IMG/VR virus record: IMGVR_UViG_3300010938_000019
Reading direction: 5' to 3' (one strand)
DNA from: an uncultured virus (IMG/VR IMGVR_UViG_3300010938_000019)
Taxonomy: Duplodnaviria; Heunggongvirae; Uroviricota; Caudoviricetes
DNA: 20,000 nucleotides
Shown here: piece after piece, positions 9,536-15,511 of the stretch
Position numbering within the stretch: the stretch's first letter is position 1
Layout: each line of letters opens with the position of its first letter
The notes under the pieces: generated by a model
Databases searched by the model: none
What the model was told of the DNA's origin: nothing
Seen by the model: only the letters and a program-made list of their open reading frames with translations
Position numbers and translations under genes: made by a program

Positions 9536-9821
9536 CGAATCCTCCTCTCGTAACAGATAGGCTTACTTTAGAGAAATCTTCTTTCACTTTAGTAAGTTCT
9601 GATCTGTCTTGGTCAATTTGTCTACGTAAAGTTTCAATTTCTTTACGAAGAGTAATGGAGGGGTCTGGTGTTTCTATTCTATCTAGGTACGCTCTGTAAG
9701 CAGAGAGAGCACAAAGACCGAGAATAACAACCGAAGTTGCTATAGTCTGACCTTGCACACTAGAATATACTAGAAATAAAAATAATAGAACGGCAGGATA
9801 CTGCCTCACGTTTTGCTTCAC
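9513..9821 (-). CDS. Membrane protein with two hydrophobic helices and a coiled coil (102 aa)
   Basis: AVLLFLFLVYSSV and IATSVVILGLCALSAY segments; AGGAGG RBS before GTG. Confidence 0.7.
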   Translation of the reverse strand: MKQNVRQYPAVLLFLFLVYSSVQGQTIATSVVILGLCALSAYRAYLDRIETPDPSITLRKEIETLRRQIDQDRSELTKVKEDFSKVSLSVTRGGFGGQQIRF

Positions 9822-9845
9822 AACTACCTCCTATGTCTTAAGTGT

Positions 9846-10004
9846 CTATCGCCCTGACTTGGGTAGATATTGCTTAAGAGTATCTGGTGATTTAGCTAAT
9901 CTTTTTCTTAATTTACCAAAAATGGACTTCTTCTTTGCAGATCCTACAAGATTTGCTACCTTATCTGAGTAGACTTTCTTTAAATTTGCATCCATGTTTG
10001 ACAT
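9846..10004 (-). CDS. Small basic protein (52 aa, not in ORF track)
   Basis: MSNMDANLKKVYSDKVANLVGSAKKKSIFGKLRKRLAKSPDTLKQYLPKSGR; starts 3 nt after the upstream stop. Confidence 0.7.
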   Translation of the reverse strand: MSNMDANLKKVYSDKVANLVGSAKKKSIFGKLRKRLAKSPDTLKQYLPKSGR

Positions 10005-10007
10005 ATG

Positions 10008-10178
10008 TTATTTCTTTTTTGAAATTCTTTCTTTTAATTTACCAAAAGCGTACTTACCTTTGTTTCCCTTAGTCATTTCTTTAGCTACGTCCTTGCTAAC
10101 TCCTGCTTTCTTTGCAAATTCAGGATTATTCTCTATAGCTTTAAAAAACTTAAAAGCGGCTTTACTCTTTACTGGCAT
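10008..10178 (-). CDS. Small basic protein (56 aa, not in ORF track)
   Basis: MPVKSKAAFKFFKAIENNPEFAKKAGVSKDVAKEMTKGNKGKYAFGKLKERISKKK; overlaps the HNH stop; resembles the MPxKS..NPEFAKK small phage proteins (from memory). Confidence 0.75.
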   Translation of the reverse strand: MPVKSKAAFKFFKAIENNPEFAKKAGVSKDVAKEMTKGNKGKYAFGKLKERISKKK

Positions 10179-10758
10179 TTCTTTTATCCATTTCTAAGTT
10201 TATTTTAATTATCTCGTAGCCCAATGATCTATTATTGTCAAATAAATGATGGTGATTTGGACATAAGGGTGAAGTATTCTTGTAACTTAAGACTCCACCT
10301 TTAGAAGCTGGAATTATATGTGCAACTTCTACAATCCTATCAAATCCGCATATACAACAATTTTTATAGTCATCACGTTTTAATAATTTATTTTTTATAG
10401 AACTATAAGATTTTCCACCGTCTGCGTATCTGCGAAACTTTATTTGGTTTAAATAACCTCCAACAGTGCCGGAAGGAATTCCCATCAATTCGGCTATTTC
10501 TCTATTAGTTTTCCCCCCAGTAGCATATTTATAACATAACTGTCTTTTAGATCTTCTTTCAGGATCTATTTTAATAAATTTTCTAGAACATTCGACAGAG
10601 CAACACTTGGCTTTTAAAACTCTGTGAGGAAATACCTTAAATTCTTTATTACAATATTTACAATTAACAGATATACGAGGTTTTTTATTATGAGGAATCA
10701 TTCCTTTTTTAAAAGAAGTAGAGTTATGTTTTGGATGTTTTTTTTCTACTTCAAACAT
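10162..10758 (-). CDS. Free-standing HNH endonuclease with NUMOD-like, Zn-finger and HTH modules
   Basis: CCICG...AHIIPASKGG...N..PLCPNHH (HNH); FKKGMIPHNK; CKYC...CSVEC; NREIAELMGIPSGTV. Likely start is ATG 10758, just after the upstream stop. Confidence 0.88.
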   Translation of the reverse strand: MFEVEKKHPKHNSTSFKKGMIPHNKKPRISVNCKYCNKEFKVFPHRVLKAKCCSVECSRKFIKIDPERRSKRQLCYKYATGGKTNREIAELMGIPSGTVGGYLNQIKFRRYADGGKSYSSIKNKLLKRDDYKNCCICGFDRIVEVAHIIPASKGGVLSYKNTSPLCPNHHHLFDNNRSLGYEIIKINLEMDKRNASKE

Positions 10759-10762
10759 ACTA

Positions 10763-11053
10763 TCAGTCTTCTCCTCTAGGTCTTGTAATTTTAGGACTAT
10801 TCTTAGACCAAAGAGCTTTACATGCCCAGTAACGAGCACTCATTTTATCCTTAGCTTGAGCACAATTGTGTCTAGCTTTAAAGTTCTTGCGAGCTTTATC
10901 TGAATAATTAGACTTCATGTTTGCATCACCAAAATGAACAAGTTTTTCTTGTCCATCTTGACAAGCCTTTACCATCTTCTTCTTTTCAGGTTTAGAAGAG
11001 GGTACGGGCTTATTGCATTTTAGTCTTTTTTTAATTTCTGACCAATCTGCCAT
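10763..11053 (-). CDS. Conserved small basic viral protein (VHFG...RKNFKARHNC...YW family)
   Basis: GAGG RBS; first gene after the late motif at 11165; motif pattern recalled from uncharacterised virus proteins. Confidence 0.75.
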   Translation of the reverse strand: MADWSEIKKRLKCNKPVPSSKPEKKKMVKACQDGQEKLVHFGDANMKSNYSDKARKNFKARHNCAQAKDKMSARYWACKALWSKNSPKITRPRGED

Positions 11054-11164
11054 ATAACCTCTGAAAAAAACTAAGTGTAGATACAGCGTCTTCCTAAATC
11101 CATAACACCACGGTTGGTAGTGAAGGTGTAGTTTATCTTAGTGCGGAATCATCATTCCACGTAA

Positions 11165-11176
11165 GTAGTTGTTAAA
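11165..11176 (-). promoter_or_regulatory. Putative late promoter motif heading the packaging operon
   Basis: TTTAACAACTAC followed by a hairpin-rich 110-nt leader. Confidence 0.7.
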
Positions 11177-11314
11177 TATACTAATGTAGGGTGATATATG
11201 GGAAAATCTCTATACTATACTAACTTTGCTATATACTTATTATCTAGTTTTTGAGTATAAAATCCCTTAAGAAAGTGTTTGTTTCGATTTAAACTCCCTC
11301 AATCCTTAGAGTTT

Positions 11315-11342
11315 AAAAACAAGCCAATTAACCTAGATTGGC
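11315..11342 (-). terminator. Putative intrinsic terminator
   Basis: GCCAAT/ATTGGC stem followed by TTGTTTTT on the minus strand. Confidence 0.5.
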
Positions 11343-11634
11343 ACCGTCTGTAATGTAGTCAATAAATAACTTGCGTCAACATGATATTATTTGGGATAAG
11401 GCTTGTGTCTATTTGTGAGATAGACCTGTCAACCTACACAGGAGATCGCCATCTCCCGAAGCATGGTGTTGCTTCTTGCCCTGAGTGTGCTAAGGGTTTC
11501 ACCTTAGTCTCTGCTCATATGGGAACCAGTTTACCTTTACGAAATCGTAACCCTCTTCTGATTAACCCAATCTACATTACAAAAGATATAGTTCGTCGGC
11601 TCTCTTTTCATGCCTATATAACTTATACCTTCAA
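11315..11634 (-). ncRNA. Candidate structured ncRNA A (about 320 nt)
   Basis: Consensus sigma70 promoter upstream; 10-bp closing stem (11349-11358 with 11572-11581) enclosing at least five hairpins; GNRA-type loops on the minus strand; terminator-like hairpin at the 3' end; no credible ORF. Confidence 0.6.
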
Positions 11635-11640
11635 TATTTG

Positions 11641-11670
11641 ATTATAAGGTAAAAATACCTTTGTTGTCAA
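11641..11670 (-). promoter_or_regulatory. Sigma70-type promoter TTGACA-N18-TATAAT
   Basis: Perfect -35 and -10 hexamers with an 18-nt spacer. Confidence 0.8.
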
Positions 11671-11737
11671 ATATTGCTATATCCTTTACTTTAATTCAAA
11701 CTCATGATACTCTAAAAATAATCACTGGGAGGTCAGG

Positions 11738-11995
11738 ATGTATTATCTCGTAGCCTATTTGATAATTTTTGGAATCATCACAACAGTCAACTACAACGTC
11801 TATCAGGGAGCTGTCCCTTTTCTTTCATGCATGGTGGCTGCCTTGTTCTTCCCCCTTCAAGTGGTAAATTACATAGTGACGTACATTTTAGGATTTTTTG
11901 GGGTATTATGGACCCTTAGAGTAGGTTTCTTAGTAAGCCCAGAACAGTTCAAAAACGCCACTTCTGACGATGACAATAGCAAAGACCCTAAATAA
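11738..11995 (+). CDS. Small membrane protein (85 aa)
   Basis: GGAGG RBS; 2-3 hydrophobic segments and a charged tail. Confidence 0.75.
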   Translation: MYYLVAYLIIFGIITTVNYNVYQGAVPFLSCMVAALFFPLQVVNYIVTYILGFFGVLWTLRVGFLVSPEQFKNATSDDDNSKDPK

Positions 11996-12025
11996 CAGGT
12001 GACAACTATCCCTTAGAAGGACCTA

Positions 12026-12346
12026 ATGGTGACACATAACATACCTTTAACTGAATTTATAGTGCAACTACTTAAAATCATTGAAGACAACTCCAAAGGA
12101 ATGTCTTATAGTGATCGCTATGCCTTAAAATCCCTAGTCCTTTCTTGTTATCAAACATATGCAATAACTGTTACAAAGGAAATCCCAATAGCCAATCCTA
12201 AGCTCCTATCCACTGAACTGCAAGACGACCTTAAATACCAACTAGGATCTCTTCTTGGCGAAGCCTTGACTGAGCAATGTGCTTCCTTTAACCTATCTAA
12301 ACATAAACTAACAACTACTGTTATAGCCTTAAAAATCAAGGCTTAG
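12026..12346 (+). CDS. Hypothetical protein (106 aa)
   Basis: AAGGA RBS; co-directional gene string. Confidence 0.7.
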   Translation: MVTHNIPLTEFIVQLLKIIEDNSKGMSYSDRYALKSLVLSCYQTYAITVTKEIPIANPKLLSTELQDDLKYQLGSLLGEALTEQCASFNLSKHKLTTTVIALKIKA

Positions 12347-12364
12347 CAAGGATTTACCTTTAGA

Positions 12365-12718
12365 ATGAAACCCACTAAGTTTCGACATGGAGATATAGTC
12401 TATACCCCCTTTAATGAGAAGGTTAGGGTACTTAGATCTTATGGCGAACACGGCATTATAATGTACGAAGTTACCTTCCTAGATAAAGATCTAAAGACTT
12501 GTTATTCAGAGAAAAGCCTAAGCTTCCATCCATCAGATTATAATAAAAACAATGACTCAGATAACTTTGTTCCTGCCAGTCCTAAATGTCCAGTATGTCA
12601 TAGCCCCTGGAATTATAGCTCCTATGGTAGGATGAAGTGGTATGACTGCTCCACTTGTAAGGATACAGCAGAGAATATCTGCAAGAGGAAGAGTCACAGT
12701 AACGGATACTGGATTTGA
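12365..12718 (+). CDS. Hypothetical protein with C-terminal Zn ribbon (117 aa)
   Basis: KFRHGDIV N-terminus (SH3/KOW-like); CPVC...CSTC. Confidence 0.75.
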   Translation: MKPTKFRHGDIVYTPFNEKVRVLRSYGEHGIIMYEVTFLDKDLKTCYSEKSLSFHPSDYNKNNDSDNFVPASPKCPVCHSPWNYSSYGRMKWYDCSTCKDTAENICKRKSHSNGYWI

Positions 12719-12743
12719 CAAACTCAGTCACTTCCTTTATACT
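12715..12743 (+). promoter_or_regulatory. Sigma70-type promoter TTGACA-N17-TATACT
   Basis: Near-consensus hexamers with a 17-nt spacer. Confidence 0.75.
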
Positions 12744-12801
12744 TGAAGTTACAAGGACGTACTCTCCTCAAAACCTTAGTCCTTTGTAGGTTTCTCCTTT
12801 T

Positions 12802-12835
12802 GGACAGGAAGGTTTCCCAGACCTCCTGTCCTTTT
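12802..12835 (+). terminator. Intrinsic terminator
   Basis: GGACAGGA/TCCTGTCC stem followed by TTTT. Confidence 0.65.
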
Positions 12836-12904
12836 AAATAAACCCCCTTTTGCGAGCCGGATGCGAGCACTATGTGTCCGAAAGCTCGCGACCATGGAGA
12901 GTAA

Positions 12905-13210
12905 ATGAAACGTCGTAAAAGCCCCAAAAAAGCCCACTACATAGCCAAAGGCATTGGTCCTATAGACAATACCCCTAAAGGCTTCACCGAGCTTAGAGAA
13001 GCCATTCTAGTCAATCCTATGATGGTATATGAGCTTCTAGGATCTATCCCCCAACTGTCCATGCAATCAGGACTTCCCTTAAAGAAGTACTCCATCCATA
13101 CCAGCATTCACATGCCCATTACCAAAGCATACATCATCGACAGTAACCTTGTTAAACAAATCATAAACTTCTACGGATCTGCCGAAGAAATTGAACAAGA
13201 AGAAGATTAG
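12905..13210 (+). CDS. Hypothetical protein (101 aa)
   Basis: GGAG RBS; basic N-terminus, acidic C-terminus. Confidence 0.7.
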   Translation: MKRRKSPKKAHYIAKGIGPIDNTPKGFTELREAILVNPMMVYELLGSIPQLSMQSGLPLKKYSIHTSIHMPITKAYIIDSNLVKQIINFYGSAEEIEQEED

Positions 13211-13575
13211 TACCCTTTACACTTTCTTTACTTGAAACTGTATTATCAACCACTTACATTACGTTAACTGCCGAAAAGGTATAGATAAAAAGGCTATAGG
13301 TGTATTATCTTATACGTTGTATGGAATATTTTAGTAGTAAGTAATTTCCTGACAATTGAAGGTATCTCTCAAAGATAGTGCCAGAATCGACAAAACATGC
13401 CCTAGAATCGACGAGAAGGTATAGGGCTATGCAAGTACTAGGATAAGGGAAATGGAGTGCGAGAAATGGGATTATTAGAAGTTGAGTGTATTATATAAGT
13501 TGTAGAGATATCTGTGTTGTGAGGTATAAAAAATTTTTATCCCATCACGCGGGTCACGTGGGGGGGGGTCCCCCC

Positions 13576-13592
13576 TGCAAGAACCGTGCCAA
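13576..13592 (-). promoter_or_regulatory. Sigma54 (RpoN) -24/-12 element TTGGCACGGTTCTTGCA
   Basis: Matches the YTGGCACG-N4-TTGCW consensus exactly. Confidence 0.7.
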
Positions 13593-13682
13593 GTTTACTG
13601 CCCACTATAATTGGCACTCATCCATAAGTTCTACTAATGGGGGTGTCAGAATAACATACATATCGAAAATACTGACAGCAAC

Positions 13683-13725
13683 AATCAATTACTTACAAAA
13701 TCTTTCACGACTAATCAAGTACTTA
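13683..13725 (+). promoter_or_regulatory. Two IHF consensus sites (AATCAATTACTTA, AATCAAGTACTTA)
   Basis: Exact WATCAA-N4-TTR matches at 13683 and 13713; further exact matches at 13244 and 14025. Confidence 0.6.
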
Positions 13726-13730
13726 TGTTA

Positions 13731-13747
13731 CTGGCATTCACATTGCA
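13731..13747 (+). promoter_or_regulatory. Sigma54-like element CTGGCATTCACATTGCA
   Basis: GG and GC at canonical spacing; upstream of the ORF at 13808. Confidence 0.6.
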
Positions 13748-13807
13748 TATTAGTCTGGTAAGAGAATCATCGTAAATGACGCGGTGAATAAACAGGGAGA
13801 AAATCAT

Positions 13808-13939
13808 ATGAAGGACCTAGCAGTATTAGCAATCTTTATCTTAGGATCTCTAATCATGACTGGATCATTAGTTAAGTCATACGACAAAACAACTCAAGGT
13901 GTTCAGTCTTATGCAACTGAAATTGCTAAGAAATTTTAG
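13808..13939 (+). CDS. Small single-TM protein (43 aa, not in ORF track)
   Basis: GGGAGA RBS; MKDLAVLAIFILGSLIMTGSLVKSYDK... Confidence 0.7.
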   Translation: MKDLAVLAIFILGSLIMTGSLVKSYDKTTQGVQSYATEIAKKF

Positions 13940-13941
13940 TG

Positions 13942-13970
13942 TTGACAACAAAAAAGAATAGTGATAGAAT
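13942..13970 (+). promoter_or_regulatory. Sigma70-type promoter TTGACA-N17-TAGAAT with extended -10 TG
   Basis: Consensus match. Confidence 0.8.
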
Positions 13971-14018
13971 TAGATATCACAGCAAATGACGCAGTGAGTA
14001 ATAACATAAGGAACGTAT

Positions 14019-14231
14019 ATGGAAAATCAATTACTTAAAGAACAACATGAAATGTGCATCAGGTACGCCAACAGTATGATGAACATGATTAAGATATATG
14101 AAAAGCAAGGTGATAGACAGGAATCAATTAAGCAATGTGCATTAGAAGGACGTAATGCCCTTTTAAAAGCTAAAGAACTTGAAGCACTACTTGACCAAGC
14201 CAATGAAATTACGCTTATTCTAGCTGCATAG
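14019..14231 (+). CDS. Hypothetical helical protein (70 aa)
   Basis: AAGGA RBS; downstream of a strong promoter. Confidence 0.75.
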   Translation: MENQLLKEQHEMCIRYANSMMNMIKIYEKQGDRQESIKQCALEGRNALLKAKELEALLDQANEITLILAA

Positions 14232-14241
14232 GAGAAGGTAT

Positions 14242-14376
14242 ATGTACGTTTTAGTGTATAGTCCTAAGGAGAGAGTTATATTAAATGGAACTTTAAAAGA
14301 ATGTATACTTCATTTGTCATGGATAAAGAGCTTATGTCCAACCAAGTACTCTCAGTATACTATCATTAAGAAATAA
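14242..14376 (+). CDS. Hypothetical protein (44 aa, not in ORF track)
   Basis: AGGAG RBS; MYVLVYSPKERVILNGTLKECILHLSWIK... Confidence 0.6.
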   Translation: MYVLVYSPKERVILNGTLKECILHLSWIKSLCPTKYSQYTIIKK

Positions 14377-14400
14377 CAAGTACTTACATTCACATGATCG

Positions 14401-14425
14401 CCCACTTTTGAGTGGGATTTTTCTA
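14401..14425 (+). terminator. Intrinsic terminator
   Basis: CCCACT-TTTG-AGTGGG followed by ATTTTTTCT. Confidence 0.7.
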
Positions 14426-14639
14426 TTTATACTCACTGCCTCTTGTCTTGAGACACTGCTTATTCACGGATAGAAATGACGCAGTGTGTAATGGAGTAAT
14501 TATACTGGAAAAGGAAAGTTGTTTGGTATATGAGACAAGTGTTTGGTAAGGAAGACAGAGAGAGTGAGGAGAAGTGAGCTTTTGAGAGGAAGTTTCTTAT
14601 TTTCACATCTACATTTTACTATGTTTTATATGTTGGTTA

Positions 14640-14997
14640 GTTACCCGTAATACATCAAGAGAGTTACTGTATATTCACTTTCGGGTATAGTATAGCTATA
14701 TAGCAGATTTTAGCTATAGTTACTAGTACTATACCTTTCACCTAATGTGCCCGAACTTTCAGTGAAGGTCTATAGTCGAGATTCCTTAATCTCTGGACGA
14801 CTTCGGTACCTTAATCTTACCTAGTCATTAGTAGGGCGTTCCGCTTGAGTCTTATCCCTTATCCTCAAGTGCTCACGTGGGGGGTAGCATAGCCGATTCT
14901 AGCTTTTCAGTCTGATCACCCGGGAATGTTACTTCCCTTCAAGATGCTTACTAAGCGCAACTAAGGTTAATCGTTTTTTAACGGTCCCTACTTAGTA
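14640..14997 (-). ncRNA. Candidate structured ncRNA B (about 350 nt) behind the late motif
   Basis: GC-richer ORF-free stretch with nested stems and a possible pseudoknot, starting directly after TTTAACAACTA (14999-15009); 3' end uncertain. Confidence 0.55.
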
Positions 14998-14998
14998 T

Positions 14999-15009
14999 TA
15001 GTTGTTAAA
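14999..15009 (-). promoter_or_regulatory. Putative late promoter motif TTTAACAACTA
   Basis: Fourth copy of the motif; no protein gene lies downstream. Confidence 0.6.
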
Positions 15010-15077
15010 TATGATAACACATGAATACACTTTAGACAATAGTGAGTCTTTAAGTGTTTGAATTGTTATGACGCATT

Positions 15078-15094
15078 GTGGCATGACATATGCA
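15078..15094 (+). promoter_or_regulatory. Sigma54-like element GTGGCATGACATATGCA
   Basis: Canonical GG/GC spacing; shares downstream TGCATAT...TGGTAAGA with the 13731 element. Confidence 0.5.
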
Positions 15095-15130
15095 TATAGA
15101 TATGGTAAGAACTTAACTAGAGGAGTTAAC

Positions 15131-15316
15131 ATGAAACATCAAGAAGAACTATTGAACGCTTACGTTATGCTTTTTAAAGAGTTCGCCGAAAAGAACAATA
15201 CTTTCATGGCGACTAACATTCTCAACAAAATTAGCGAGCATTTAGTGCTTAATTGCTACACTCTAGATCAGGCTATGGAGTTCTATAAAACTAACTTAAA
15301 TGAGTACTTGAAATGA
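15131..15316 (+). CDS. Hypothetical protein (61 aa)
   Basis: GAGGAG RBS supports ATG 15131 rather than 15068. Confidence 0.7.
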   Translation: MKHQEELLNAYVMLFKEFAEKNNTFMATNILNKISEHLVLNCYTLDQAMEFYKTNLNEYLK

Positions 15317-15510
15317 TTACCAAACTATTGTTGTATATACTGAATTTTAGTATGATAGTCTTACTTATTGTTGGGCATATCAAACAGCCTGAATTGGTAA
15401 ACTCTGGATCTGTAACTTTTTTAATAATAGTTGTATTTTCTTATTGCTTTGCAATAATTTTAGGTGTAACATTGTCTTTAATAACTAACTACTTTCTGAG
15501 GAGGAAGTAA
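15313..15510 (+). CDS. Small two-TM membrane protein (65 aa)
   Basis: ATGA overlap with the upstream gene; two hydrophobic segments. Confidence 0.7.
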   Translation: MITKLLLYILNFSMIVLLIVGHIKQPELVNSGSVTFLIIVVFSYCFAIILGVTLSLITNYFLRRK

Positions 15511-15511
15511 T

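Larger units (their letters stand above)
13774..14491 (+). repeat. Dispersed 18-bp motif AAATGACGCRGTGWRTAA (13774, 13984, 14474)
   Basis: Three near-identical copies, a partial copy at 15068 and a degenerate inverted copy at 14429-14446. Confidence 0.85.

Noticed and set aside
3007..10197. Plus-strand ORFs at 3007, 4950, 5832, 7293, 9174 and 9994
   Set aside because: Antisense to well-supported minus-strand genes.
10759..10839. Upstream extension of the HNH ORF
   Set aside because: Overlaps the 96-aa gene; ATG 10758 follows that gene's stop.
11392..11400. 8-nt complementarity between ncRNA A (CCTTATCCC) and the ncRNA B loop (GGATAAGGGATAAG)
   Set aside because: Too short to separate from chance, and the A segment is probably paired internally.
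11381..11641. 86-aa plus-strand ORF
   Set aside because: No RBS, atypical composition, and opposite a consensus promoter and RNA structure.
14795..14832. Hammerhead ribozyme core in ncRNA B (CTAATGA)
   Set aside because: Deviates from CUGANGA and lacks a correctly placed GAAA and stem II.
11054..15060. tRNA or tmRNA genes in the intergenic regions
   Set aside because: No T-loop GTTCRA with a cloverleaf and no tmRNA-like termini found by eye.
13774..15080. AAATGACGC repeats as a CRISPR array
   Set aside because: Spacing is 210, 490 and about 590 bp with genes in between; no cas genes.
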